Shown here piece by piece: positions 7,565-16,883 of a stretch of 32,000 nucleotides of DNA. The number at the start of each line of letters is the position of its first letter. The stretch's first letter is position 1. The position numbers and the translations under genes were made by a program. The DNA is taken from NCBI RefSeq assembly GCF_000299365.1, contig NC_018655.1, positions 1,050,001 to 1,082,000 of the forward strand, written 5' to 3'. This DNA is from Candidatus Nitrosopumilus koreensis AR1. Lineage in GTDB: Archaea; Thermoproteota; Nitrososphaeria; Nitrososphaerales; Nitrosopumilaceae. The notes under the pieces were generated by a model. The model was given only the letters and a program-made list of their open reading frames with translations. It ran no database searches and was not told the DNA's origin.

Positions 7565-9457
7565 ATGAAAATAGTTACCAAGACATATCTTTTGATTTCG
7601 GTGTTGGTTGCCGTAGCTGCGTTTAATTTATTTTTATTATATCAAGAAGGTTCAGGAGTACAAAACGAATCAAACTCCATTATCAGAGTGGCAGATATCA
7701 AAGTCAAGGCAGAATCTATTTCAGGATTTGCAGAGTTGATTGCAAATGGAAACATGGAAAACATGGAAGGGTTAGAAGAAGAAATCGACAATGTAGAACA
7801 GATACTAGAAAGTGTCAGAAACGGCGGAAGTATTGAAGGAACAGAAATTGCAAAAGCTCCTACCTCAGAAATTTTTACACAATTAAATCAAGTTTTAACA
7901 GAATGGGAAGAATATAGATTCAAGGTAGAGAATGTAAAAGACACACCAGTATTTGACGAGGAAGCTACGAATGCAGCTAATTACGTATTAGAAAAAAATC
8001 AAGATCTTGTCTTACTTACAGATCAATTAGTCAGAGACTTGAATGAATTAGATAGAGATTACAACAGACACAAGCAGATTGCTGAAGAATTGGCAGAATG
8101 TGCTAGAGGTATAAGTCAACAGACTTTGTTGATATCAATTGGAGAAGAAGGCAGTTCACAAGAATCTCTAAAAGAAAAAAGAGTTGGATTTGAAATAGGA
8201 CTCAGAAAGCTGTTAGGAATTTCCACGCAGGAACTAGATGTTCAAAGTGTAGGAGCAGAACACGAGGATTTGGATCCAATTCCCAGAGCCAACTCAGACA
8301 CACTAAGACAATTAGAACCATTATGGGAATCCATTCAGATTAGAATACAAGTTCTAGAAGAGAGGGCACTTTTATCACCAGAGTTCAATGTTGCAAAAAA
8401 TGAAATGATGGAACAAAAAGAAGTTTTATTTGAAAAAGTCAATAGCGTAATCAATGCCTGGAATGCAAAATTAGCTTCTGAAAAATCATCAAATGAAGTA
8501 GTTGTTGAAATACTATTAGCTGCAAATATTCTAATCTTCATAGCTGTTGTGTTAATAATCAAACAATCACTATCGCCATTAAACTCAATCACACGTGCAA
8601 TTTCCAAAGTAAAAGAAGGAGTATACGGTGAGAAAATTGAATATTCAGGTTCTGACGAAGTAGGAGAATTAGTTTCCAACTTTAACATAATGTCAGATAC
8701 CATCAAAGCAAAAGATGAAGAGGCAAAACAAACAGATATTGCAAAAGATGAATTTCTTGCAATGATCACACATGAATTAAAGACACCTCTTGTTCCAATT
8801 CAAGGATATTCAGACATCCTACTTAGTGAGCATTTAGGAAAATTAACGGATAAACAAAAAGAAAGAATCAAAATCATCAAAGATAGTTCTGCAACATTGT
8901 TAGCAATCATATCAGATTTGCTAGATGCACAGAAACTAGAATTAGGCCAATTAAGAATGAAAAAAGAAAACAGAAACATCAATGAAACAATATGTAGTGC
9001 AGTAAATGCGTTATTGCCAGAAGCTCAAAGAAACAACATTGAATTGACTTTAAACACTAGAGATTTAGAAATAAATCATGATCCTGAAAGAATAAAACAA
9101 GTCATTACCAACTTGGTAAAAAATAGTTTAACAGCAGTGAAACCAGATACAGGTAAAATACATGTTTCAATGGAAGAGTCTCCAACTGAAATCAAAGTTC
9201 TAGTCAAAGATAACGGAATTGGAATTCCAATTGACAAACAAGCAGATCTATTCAAAAAATTCTATCAAGTAGATGCTACTCTTACAAGAGAGATGGGCGG
9301 AAGTGGTTTAGGTCTGGCAATTTGTAAGGGAATAATAGACAATCATGAAGGCCAAATTACAGTACAAAGCAGTCCAAATCAAGGGGCAGTATTTTCATTT
9401 ACGTTGCCAAAAGGAGAAAAGAGCAAAAGTTCTCGAAATCCCATAGGAACTGCTTAA
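7565..9457 (+). CDS. sensor histidine kinase (TM, HAMP, HisKA, HATPase_c)
   Basis: H-box FLAMITHELKTPLVPIQGY, N-box NLVKNSLTAV, G-boxes VKDNGIGIP and GGSGLGLAICKGI. Track start 7511 overlaps the promoter; ATG 7565 (MKIVTKTYLLIS) preferred. Confidence 0.85.
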   Translation: MKIVTKTYLLISVLVAVAAFNLFLLYQEGSGVQNESNSIIRVADIKVKAESISGFAELIANGNMENMEGLEEEIDNVEQILESVRNGGSIEGTEIAKAPTSEIFTQLNQVLTEWEEYRFKVENVKDTPVFDEEATNAANYVLEKNQDLVLLTDQLVRDLNELDRDYNRHKQIAEELAECARGISQQTLLISIGEEGSSQESLKEKRVGFEIGLRKLLGISTQELDVQSVGAEHEDLDPIPRANSDTLRQLEPLWESIQIRIQVLEERALLSPEFNVAKNEMMEQKEVLFEKVNSVINAWNAKLASEKSSNEVVVEILLAANILIFIAVVLIIKQSLSPLNSITRAISKVKEGVYGEKIEYSGSDEVGELVSNFNIMSDTIKAKDEEAKQTDIAKDEFLAMITHELKTPLVPIQGYSDILLSEHLGKLTDKQKERIKIIKDSSATLLAIISDLLDAQKLELGQLRMKKENRNINETICSAVNALLPEAQRNNIELTLNTRDLEINHDPERIKQVITNLVKNSLTAVKPDTGKIHVSMEESPTEIKVLVKDNGIGIPIDKQADLFKKFYQVDATLTREMGGSGLGLAICKGIIDNHEGQITVQSSPNQGAVFSFTLPKGEKSKSSRNPIGTA

Positions 9458-9525
9458 AGAAAACAAGCTCCGAGAACTAAAATCGCTCACTCTGTTCAAA
9501 AAATGTTAATTTAACAAAACACAAC

Positions 9526-9663
9526 ATGGACAGGTACGAAAAAAACAAGGAGTTTTACAAAAACTGTACGCAATACTTTGAATTCTTACGAAAAGTTGGA
9601 AAGACAGACTATGAGTTTGAAGACGAATATTATTTCACCATGCCTGCAATTTCCAGCAGTTAG
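9526..9663 (+). CDS. small acidic/aromatic hypothetical protein, 45 aa
   Basis: Manual translation MDRYEKNKEFYKNCTQYFEFLRKVGKTDYEFEDEYYFTMPAISSS; fills the gap between histidine kinase and TldD. Confidence 0.4.
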   Translation: MDRYEKNKEFYKNCTQYFEFLRKVGKTDYEFEDEYYFTMPAISSS

Positions 9664-9703
9664 AGACCAGAAGACTTAGGAATACCATAAAGTTTCATAG
9701 CGT

Positions 9704-11125
9704 ATGGACACTCAACTAGAAGAGTTAACAGATTATGCTATAAAATATGCAAGTGATTCAGGGGCACAATATTGCGATGTAAGATCTGAAGAACAAGAAA
9801 GAGAATCAGTGTTAATTGAAAATGGAGAAACAGAATATGTCAGAACAATTAATGATTCAGGGATAGGAATAAGATTAATCAAAGATGGGACATGGAGTTT
9901 TAGCTCAATTACAAATCCGAAATCAAAAGAGCAAATTAAAAAAGCAATAGATGAAGCCGTCAAAAATTCAGTTCATTATGCAAAAAACAGAAAAGAGCAA
10001 TTTTCTCTTTACCCAAACCCCAGCATAAAGAAAAAGATAGACTACAAAGTACTACAAAAACCAAACTTGGATGAATTGATCAAAATAGGTACAATGTGTG
10101 ATAAGATTATTTCAGATACACCAAAAATTATCAAGTCAGTGATAAATCCATGGTACACAAATAATTCAAAATATTTTGTAAACAGTGAAGGTTCAAAAAT
10201 TTTACAGAGTTTTTCAGATGTAGTAATTGACATGATTGCGACTGCACACGAATATGGAATAACCCAATCAGTAAACATTACAGAAGGAGGAAGGGGAGGA
10301 ATGGAACAAATCATCAACAAAGATAAAGCTCAAAACAGTGCACAGAAAATTGCCAAAAAAGCATCTGAATTGTTATCAGCAAAGCCTGCAAAAGAGGAAA
10401 AAGCAACAGTTGTCATGAATCCTGACTTTGTATCATTACTCACACATGAGATTTTAGGTCACCCATCTGAGGCAGACAGAGTTTTGGGAAAAGAGATGGC
10501 ATGGGCAGGGGGAGCATGGTGGAAAGGTATGATTGGAGAAAAAATTGGTTCTGAAAAATTAAATGTTTTTGATGATCCTACCATCGAAGAAAGTTTAGGA
10601 TGGTATAATTTTGATGATGAAGGTGTTGAGACAAAAAAGACAACACTAGTTGAAGAAGGAGTTTTGAAGAACCACATGCAAAACAGGGAAACAGGACAAA
10701 TTTTCAATGTTGCTCCTACAGGAAACATGAGAGCAACAAACTATCGATTCATGCCATTAATTCGAATGGCATGTACATGTGTTGGAAATGGAGATTGGAA
10801 AGTAGATGAAATGATAAAAGAAGTAAAAAACGGATATCTAATTTCAAATATGAAAATTCCATCAATAGACATGAAGAGATACAATTGGAGTATATCATGT
10901 CAATATGCACAAAAAATTGAGAATGGAGAAGTAACAGACTTGCTTAGGGATGTAATCGTGATGGGAATTGCCCCAGAATTTTTCCAATCAATTGATGCAT
11001 GTGGTAACGACTTTACGATAAGGCCGATTACAAATTGCGGTAAAGGTGACCCAATGCAATCAATGATTATGGGCAATGGAGGACCATCAATTAGAGGAAC
11101 TGCAACAGTAAAGAGCGTGAACTAG
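9704..11125 (+). CDS. tldD: TldD/PmbA family metalloprotease (TldD-like)
   Basis: LLTHEILGHPSEADRV (HExxxH) and downstream GPSIRGTATVKSVN typical of the TldD family. Confidence 0.85.
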   Translation: MDTQLEELTDYAIKYASDSGAQYCDVRSEEQERESVLIENGETEYVRTINDSGIGIRLIKDGTWSFSSITNPKSKEQIKKAIDEAVKNSVHYAKNRKEQFSLYPNPSIKKKIDYKVLQKPNLDELIKIGTMCDKIISDTPKIIKSVINPWYTNNSKYFVNSEGSKILQSFSDVVIDMIATAHEYGITQSVNITEGGRGGMEQIINKDKAQNSAQKIAKKASELLSAKPAKEEKATVVMNPDFVSLLTHEILGHPSEADRVLGKEMAWAGGAWWKGMIGEKIGSEKLNVFDDPTIEESLGWYNFDDEGVETKKTTLVEEGVLKNHMQNRETGQIFNVAPTGNMRATNYRFMPLIRMACTCVGNGDWKVDEMIKEVKNGYLISNMKIPSIDMKRYNWSISCQYAQKIENGEVTDLLRDVIVMGIAPEFFQSIDACGNDFTIRPITNCGKGDPMQSMIMGNGGPSIRGTATVKSVN

Positions 11126-11716
11126 ATGAACCAGTTAGAAAAGATAAGGCAGAATGTAATAGAATGCACAAAATGTGATTTGTGCAAAACCAGAACAAAT
11201 TCTGTTCCAGGTAAAGGGAATTTTCAGTCAGATGTTATCTTTGTAGGAGAAGCACCAGGGAGAAATGAGGACAAAAATGGAGAGCCATTTGTAGGAACAG
11301 CAGGAAAAAAACTCTCAGCAGCACTTGAGGAAGCAGGGGTTTCCAGAGAAAAAGTATACATCACAAATGTTGTAAAATGCAGGCCGCCAAACAACAGAGT
11401 GCCAAATACAAAAGAAAGAGACACTTGCAGAGAATATCTAAAAAAAGAGATTTTCATAATAAAACCAAAAATTATCTGCATATTGGGAAATACAGCATTT
11501 AATTCAATTTTAGGAGGTTCAGAGATTACAAAATTCAGAGGAAAACTAGTTAGAAAAGACAACCAATTGTATTTTTTGACAATTCATCCTGCAGCAACAA
11601 TATACAATCAAGAATTAATTTCCACATTAAAAAATGACATTGCAAGGCTCTTTGATTTAATCAGAGAATTAAAAAACAACAAAGAGATTCCTGTAGATAT
11701 TGAATACACTTCCTAG
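11126..11716 (+). CDS. uracil-DNA glycosylase, family 4 (Fe-S cluster)
   Basis: CTKCDLCKTRTNSVPGKG, FVGEAPGRNEDKNGEPFVGTAGKKL, YITNVVKCRPPNNRVP, FLTIHPAA. Confidence 0.88.
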   Translation: MNQLEKIRQNVIECTKCDLCKTRTNSVPGKGNFQSDVIFVGEAPGRNEDKNGEPFVGTAGKKLSAALEEAGVSREKVYITNVVKCRPPNNRVPNTKERDTCREYLKKEIFIIKPKIICILGNTAFNSILGGSEITKFRGKLVRKDNQLYFLTIHPAATIYNQELISTLKNDIARLFDLIRELKNNKEIPVDIEYTS

Positions 11717-12256
11717 AAGATTTTATCTTCAAGATACAGTTATTGTTGCAAAAAATCTTTTAGGTAAAAAAATTATCAGAAAAATAGGAAGAACCGAAAT
11801 TTCAGGAATAATTACAGAAACAGAAGCTTATAGACACAAAGATGATCCTGCAAGTCACGCATTTAGTAAAATTACTGACAGAAACAAAGTAATGTTTGGT
11901 GAAGTGGGAATGGCGTATGTCTATTTCACATATGGAATGTATTATTGCTTTAATGTAGTAGCTAAAAATCCACGAGTTGGTGCAGGGGCAGTTTTGATTA
12001 GAGCAATTGAGCCAGAAAAAGGAAAAAAAGAGATGCTAAAAAACAGAAATAAAACAGACATGAAAAATCTCACAAATGGACCTGCAAAACTAACCCAAGC
12101 ATTAGGAATTACAAAGGAGCACTATGGTGTAGATTTGACAAAAAATTCAAAACTGTACATCACAGAAGGCATAAAACCAAAAAAATTGTTTCATCCCCCA
12201 GAATAGGAATTAAAAAAGCAACAGACAAGTTATGGAACTTCAAAATTGGTATCTAG
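11700..12256 (+). CDS. 3-methyladenine DNA glycosylase (MPG/AAG family), frameshifted near the C-terminus at a C5 tract (track ORF 11700..12206)
   Basis: AKNLLGKKIIRK, GIITETEAYRHKDDPASHA, YVYFTYGMYYCFNVV, VLIRAIEP, NGPAKLTQALGI. After C5 (12195-12199) the family C-terminus RIGIKKATDKLWNFKIGI* continues in another frame to TAG at 12254-12256. Confidence 0.8.
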
Positions 12257-12885
12257 TCTTTGTTGTTTTCATCCAAAGTCCAAGGAGCAAATTTGCCAAG
12301 AATTCTTTGCCAATCTAATCTCAAAAGCAAAACCACAACTGTAGTCATCATAGCTCCAAAAATAATAATTCCAATGTAAACTGGAGTTGCATCATCAATG
12401 TTTTCTAATAACGGTTCAACCAAAGACAGACCAAGGTAATGAGAAACAAAAACTATGGTGTAGCTTAGAACAAATTTTCCTGTAAGTGTTGCAATAAAGA
12501 ATCTTTTTGGATTATACTTTGCAAGCCCTAAAGGGACATAAACTAAATCATCTGGAATCGGAGTTGCAGCTGCAAAGAACGCAGCTCCTGCACCGTATCT
12601 TTTTACCAATCTCTCAAAGGGGCGCATCCTTTTTCGGGTTTTTTCATTGATAATTTTCCTTCCACCATAACTGACATAGAATATGATCTGTTTTGCGACA
12701 GTTGCAGTAATTGCAGACAAGATTGCCAAGACATGTAGATCAAATTGATCACCTACAGACATTGTTGCAAGTAATAGGAACCCAGGTAAAGGAACAAAAG
12801 GAACAAGAGATCCAAAAAAGTTGACAAGTGACAAACTAAGATAGCCTACTTCAGGGGCAAATGGAAAAAGGTCAACAAAATCCAC
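12253..12885 (-). CDS. VTT/SNARE-associated (DedA/YqaA-like) membrane protein
   Basis: Multi-TM protein with SLVPFVPLPGFLLLATMS, AAATPIPDDLVYVPLGLAKYNPKRFFIATLTGKF. Confidence 0.75.
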   Translation of the reverse strand: MDFVDLFPFAPEVGYLSLSLVNFFGSLVPFVPLPGFLLLATMSVGDQFDLHVLAILSAITATVAKQIIFYVSYGGRKIINEKTRKRMRPFERLVKRYGAGAAFFAAATPIPDDLVYVPLGLAKYNPKRFFIATLTGKFVLSYTIVFVSHYLGLSLVEPLLENIDDATPVYIGIIIFGAMMTTVVVLLLRLDWQRILGKFAPWTLDENNKD

Positions 12886-12975
12886 TGTTCAAACTGTTTT
12901 CATGTGTTATTTAATTAAAACTAGATAAGAAAATACAACAATCATTAAAATATCATATTTTAACAACCCCAGTAA

Positions 12976-13350
12976 ATGGTAAAAAAAGACTACAAGAAAA
13001 TTTGTGATGAAATTGCAGCAATTAGTCCCTATATCAGATTTGTAGGAGTGATAGGAGAAAGTGGGGATTTACTGGCATATAGAAGAAGAGATGACTTGGT
13101 GCCTTTATTGAATGCAAAAAATACCCAGTATCAGTTCTCACATATTGCCATAAAGACCGATTTGGAAGGATTTTTTGATAAAAATCTAGGCGAAATAGAG
13201 TTTGTATGGGAAGAAAGGAAAAAAGTCCAGACCATATCATTTGCAATTAAAAAAGAAAGAGTATGGATTTCAATTGATAAAAAAGTAATCAGATCAGAGA
13301 TGCTCAGAATCATTGATTCCTGTTTACCAATTGTAAAAAAATATTCTTAG
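12976..13350 (+). CDS. thaumarchaeal conserved hypothetical protein (resembles DUF6659)
   Basis: 124 aa ORF: ISPYIRFVGVIGESGDLLAYRRRDDLVPLLN...; family call from memory of similar thaumarchaeal proteins. Confidence 0.6.
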   Translation: MVKKDYKKICDEIAAISPYIRFVGVIGESGDLLAYRRRDDLVPLLNAKNTQYQFSHIAIKTDLEGFFDKNLGEIEFVWEERKKVQTISFAIKKERVWISIDKKVIRSEMLRIIDSCLPIVKKYS

Positions 13351-13353
13351 AAA

Positions 13354-13449
13354 TTGAAATGCCCATATTGTGAAATTGATTTGGATTCACTTAGCATGAC
13401 TGATGGCTTGAAGCATGTTTTAGAGCATAAAAAAGAAAATCAAAATTAA
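13354..13449 (+). CDS. zinc-finger-like microprotein, 31 aa (TTG start)
   Basis: Manual translation (M)KCPYCEIDLDSLSMTDGLKHVLEHKKENQN*: CPYC ... HVLEH spacing; follows the upstream stop by 3 nt. Confidence 0.35.
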   Translation: MKCPYCEIDLDSLSMTDGLKHVLEHKKENQN

Positions 13450-13480
13450 CTTTTTTGTATAACTACAATTATCATACAAC

Positions 13481-13774
13481 ATGGATGAACCTGATGAGAT
13501 TCAAAAATTAATTGATGAGATTAGTTTTCGAAAATCAAACTCTAAAGATTACAAGAAAATGAGAGTGGAGGAAATAAGCAAAGAACTTAGAGACATTATG
13601 AAATTTGAGCAAGAATCTTTTAAGAAAATTGAAGAATTTGAAAAAACACAAGACAACCCAGATTTAGTCAAATATGCTAAGATGATTTGCAAAAATACTA
13701 CACAGAGAGAAATCACACAGATTCAAGATGTGTATCTAGAAAAAATAGACAAAGAATATCTAAAATCAAAATAG
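13481..13774 (+). CDS. hypothetical protein, 97 aa, charged/helical
   Basis: Intact ORF with ATG 13481 and an AT-rich promoter-like upstream gap. Confidence 0.55.
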   Translation: MDEPDEIQKLIDEISFRKSNSKDYKKMRVEEISKELRDIMKFEQESFKKIEEFEKTQDNPDLVKYAKMICKNTTQREITQIQDVYLEKIDKEYLKSK

Positions 13775-13775
13775 A

Positions 13776-14711
13776 TTATTGATCTTCATATAACCAGCAT
13801 CTAACATATCCAGTTTCAGTTTTAAATTTAGGCGGAAGTTGCTTACATTTTTCAACTGCCAAAGGACACCTGTCAATAAATCTACATTGTGTTGGCGCAT
13901 CAAGTAAGCTTGGAGGAATGCCTTTGATGTATTTTGGTTTGTCTCCCTTTAGTGTTGGAATCGATTCTAAAAGTCCTTGAGTGTATGGATGTTTTGGATT
14001 TTTGTAAATTTCTTCAGAGGAACCAAATTCTACCATTTGTCCACCATACATGATGCCAATCTTCTCTGCAATCTCAGACAGTACGGCCAAATCGTGCGTA
14101 ATTAGCATAAAGGACATGCCCGATTTCTTTAGAGATTTTAAAAGATTGATGATTTGAGCTTGGATTAATACATCAAGTGCAGTGGTAGGCTCATCTGCAA
14201 TCACAAATTTTGGTTTTAGCAGCAAAGCCATGGCAATTACAACTCTTTGCTTCATACCACCACTAAGCTCATGAGGATATTTTTTCAGTACATTTTCATC
14301 AAGGTTTACAGAATTCATTGCATCAGAAATTATCTGTTTTGAGTCACCATCAAAATGATGCTGTTTTAAAATTTCAAGAAATTGTTCATTGATGGTAAAA
14401 ACAGGATCAAGTGAGTTCATTGCTCCTTGAAATACCATAGAGATTTTTTTCCATCGAAATGCATTATCAAATTTAGTTTCATCAACATCTAAGATAGAAT
14501 CACCATCAAAAATTATCTTACCTTGTGTTTTTCCTCCAACAAGCATTCGAATAATAGACAATCCCAAAGTACTTTTCCCACATGCACTCTCACCTGCAAT
14601 TCCTATGGATTCTCCATCTTCTAATGTAAAGTCAACATCATCTACGGCATAAACTGGACATTTTGATGAATCATATCGTGATGTTAATCCATCAACAGTT
14701 AGAAATGCCAT
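13776..14711 (-). CDS. oligopeptide/dipeptide ABC transporter ATP-binding protein (OppD/DppD-like)
   Basis: Walker A GESACGKST, signature LSGGMKQRV, Walker B FVIADEPTTALDV, C-terminal oligopeptide ABC motif CRFIDRCPLAVEKC. Confidence 0.88.
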   Translation of the reverse strand: MAFLTVDGLTSRYDSSKCPVYAVDDVDFTLEDGESIGIAGESACGKSTLGLSIIRMLVGGKTQGKIIFDGDSILDVDETKFDNAFRWKKISMVFQGAMNSLDPVFTINEQFLEILKQHHFDGDSKQIISDAMNSVNLDENVLKKYPHELSGGMKQRVVIAMALLLKPKFVIADEPTTALDVLIQAQIINLLKSLKKSGMSFMLITHDLAVLSEIAEKIGIMYGGQMVEFGSSEEIYKNPKHPYTQGLLESIPTLKGDKPKYIKGIPPSLLDAPTQCRFIDRCPLAVEKCKQLPPKFKTETGYVRCWLYEDQ

Positions 14712-14793
14712 ATATTGTTCATATCCAAACTAGAATTTTTGTTTTGTACTAAGGGATATAAACAACTCTATCAGAATGTAAAAAGCGATTCAA

Positions 14794-15312
14794 ATGAAAC
14801 TACCAATATGTGGCTTTGATGCAAAAAATGCTATACTTTGTCCACAATGCGAAAGCAAGGTTGAATCAGGAAAAATAACACAAGCAGATGTTGAAGCATC
14901 TATGATCTTAGCTAAAATTGCAAAATCAAATAACGAGATTGAAAACTTTACACTATACTCTTGCAGAGAATTTCAAGGAAATTTTGTTTTGTCTTTGGCA
15001 AAAAACGACATCATGATAATTAGACAAAGCAGAACGCTGTACAGACTGCTTCAAGATCAATTCAAGGGTAAAATTTGGCTTGTAGAGGCAGATGAAACAG
15101 ATAAGAAATTCATAGAAGATTTGTTCTTTCCAACAAAGATTCTTTCAATTAACTCAGTTTGGGCCCCAGGAGGAGTTCAAAAGACAAAGGCAGTGGTTTC
15201 AGGCAAATGGACACCAAGATTTCCAATAGATACAGAAAAAGTAGTCGAGATTGTAAAAAATGCCCGAAACCTTGACATTGAGATAGAATTTGAGGATAAG
15301 GGTAGAAAATAA
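14794..15312 (+). CDS. archaeal NusA-like transcription elongation/KH-domain protein
   Basis: N-terminal CGFDAKNAILCPQCESKVESG and C-terminal WTPRFPIDTEKVVEIVKNARNLDIEIEFE; adjacent to aspS. Confidence 0.65.
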   Translation: MKLPICGFDAKNAILCPQCESKVESGKITQADVEASMILAKIAKSNNEIENFTLYSCREFQGNFVLSLAKNDIMIIRQSRTLYRLLQDQFKGKIWLVEADETDKKFIEDLFFPTKILSINSVWAPGGVQKTKAVVSGKWTPRFPIDTEKVVEIVKNARNLDIEIEFEDKGRK

Positions 15313-16598
15313 TGGTCTTTGTAAAAACTCACGATATTTCAGAACTTACATCAGAATTAATTGGAAAAGAGGTTGTTTTAGGAGGTTGGATTGAGGATTT
15401 AAGAAAATTGGGAAAGATGTCATTTATCACATTACGTGACGTGTCAGGGATATCTCAAGTCATTGTAAAAGGCGAGTTAAACGACAAACTTGGAGAGATT
15501 AATCGTCAAAGTGTTGTAAGTGTAAAAGGCATAGTTCAAGAAACAAAGGCAAGGGATTTTGCATTTGAAATCAAAGCTGAAGAAATTGAAGTTTTAGGAA
15601 AGGCAATCCATCCACTGCCAGTAGACCCTATTGGGAGAGTTGAAAGTAACATAGACACAAGGCTAAATCATCGTGCATTGGATATGAGAAATCAAAAGAC
15701 AGCATCTATTTTCAAATTAAGACATTATGTTTTACAATCACTGCGAAAAACACTAGCAGAAAAAAAATTCATAGAGATAACTACACCAAAAATTATTGGT
15801 AGTGCAAGTGAAGGAGGAGCAAATCTATTTTCCTTGGAATATTTTGGAAAGAAGGCATATTTGGCTCAAAGTCCTCAATTATACAAAGAACAGATGACAA
15901 TAGGGTTAGAAAGAGTGTTTGAGATTTCAAACTTTTATCGAGCAGAAAACTCCCACACAGGAAGACATCTTAGTGAATTTACCAGTGTAGACATCGAAGC
16001 TGCGTTTATGGATTACAATGATGTGATGGATGTTTTAGAGTCACTAGTCATGGAAGTTTACAGGTTTACATCAGAGAACTGCAAAAAAGAACAAGAAATT
16101 ATCGGTCACACAATAGAGGTTCCAAAATCACCATTTGAGAGAATCACATACAATCAATGTGTGGAGGAATTAAGGAGTGCAGGCGAAAAAGTGGAATTTG
16201 GTGATGACTTGTTAGACTCTCATCTTAGAATTATCGGAGATAATCATCCAGGATTTTTCTTTTTGACTGACTGGCCAATGAAGCTAAAACCATTTTACAT
16301 AAGAGAAAAGGATGAAGACCCAGAACTGTCTCGTTCATTTGACTTGCAGTTTGGATATCTAGAGTTATCATCAGGTGGAACCAGACTGCACAATCCAGAG
16401 ATGTTAAAAGCAAGGCTAAAAGAACAAGATTTGGATCCTGCACAATTTACAGACCATCTCAAAGCATTTGATTGGGGAATGCCTCCACATTCAGGATGGG
16501 GTATGGGTCTGGACAGACTAATGACTACACTAATTGGAATCGACAATGTACGTGAAGTCGTATTGTACCCAAGAGATCCAGACAGATTAAGCCCATAG
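15312..16598 (+). CDS. aspS: aspartyl-tRNA (Asp/Asn) synthetase, archaeal type
   Basis: OB-fold VVLGGWIEDLRKLGKMSFITLRDVSG; class II motifs FEISNFYRAENSHTGRHLSEFTSVDIE and GWGMGLDRLMTTLIGIDNVREVVLYPRDPDRLSP. Confidence 0.93.
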   Translation: MVFVKTHDISELTSELIGKEVVLGGWIEDLRKLGKMSFITLRDVSGISQVIVKGELNDKLGEINRQSVVSVKGIVQETKARDFAFEIKAEEIEVLGKAIHPLPVDPIGRVESNIDTRLNHRALDMRNQKTASIFKLRHYVLQSLRKTLAEKKFIEITTPKIIGSASEGGANLFSLEYFGKKAYLAQSPQLYKEQMTIGLERVFEISNFYRAENSHTGRHLSEFTSVDIEAAFMDYNDVMDVLESLVMEVYRFTSENCKKEQEIIGHTIEVPKSPFERITYNQCVEELRSAGEKVEFGDDLLDSHLRIIGDNHPGFFFLTDWPMKLKPFYIREKDEDPELSRSFDLQFGYLELSSGGTRLHNPEMLKARLKEQDLDPAQFTDHLKAFDWGMPPHSGWGMGLDRLMTTLIGIDNVREVVLYPRDPDRLSP

Positions 16599-16636
16599 CC
16601 ATTCAGATTTTTATTGTAATAGAATTACATCAATTC

Positions 16637-16882
16637 ATGATAGAACAAGATGATGCAAAAAAAGTCGTTGAAGTGATAGGGAATAATCTAATCGGAGTTT
16701 CACATGATTCAAATAGTTTTCAAAAGCTGCCAGATTCTTTTTGGGGATATTTTGCAAGAGGACACGACAAGAAAGGAAACTTTGGAGTTATTGTAACTTA
16801 TTCTGAAGATGGAAAAGACGTTGATGAGTTAATTAAAATGTATGAAAAATGGGCAGAAAAGAATAAACCAAAATCAGAATAG
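16637..16882 (+). CDS. hypothetical protein, 81 aa
   Basis: Short intact ORF MIEQDDAKKVVEVIGNNLIGVSHDSNSFQKLPDSFWGYFARG... Confidence 0.5.
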   Translation: MIEQDDAKKVVEVIGNNLIGVSHDSNSFQKLPDSFWGYFARGHDKKGNFGVIVTYSEDGKDVDELIKMYEKWAEKNKPKSE

Positions 16883-16883
16883 A

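Noticed and set aside
8335-8982. Minus-strand ORFs 8335..8769 and 8800..8982
   Set aside because: Antisense to the clearly conserved histidine kinase.
16231-16546. Minus-strand ORFs within aspS
   Set aside because: Antisense to the conserved class II synthetase core.
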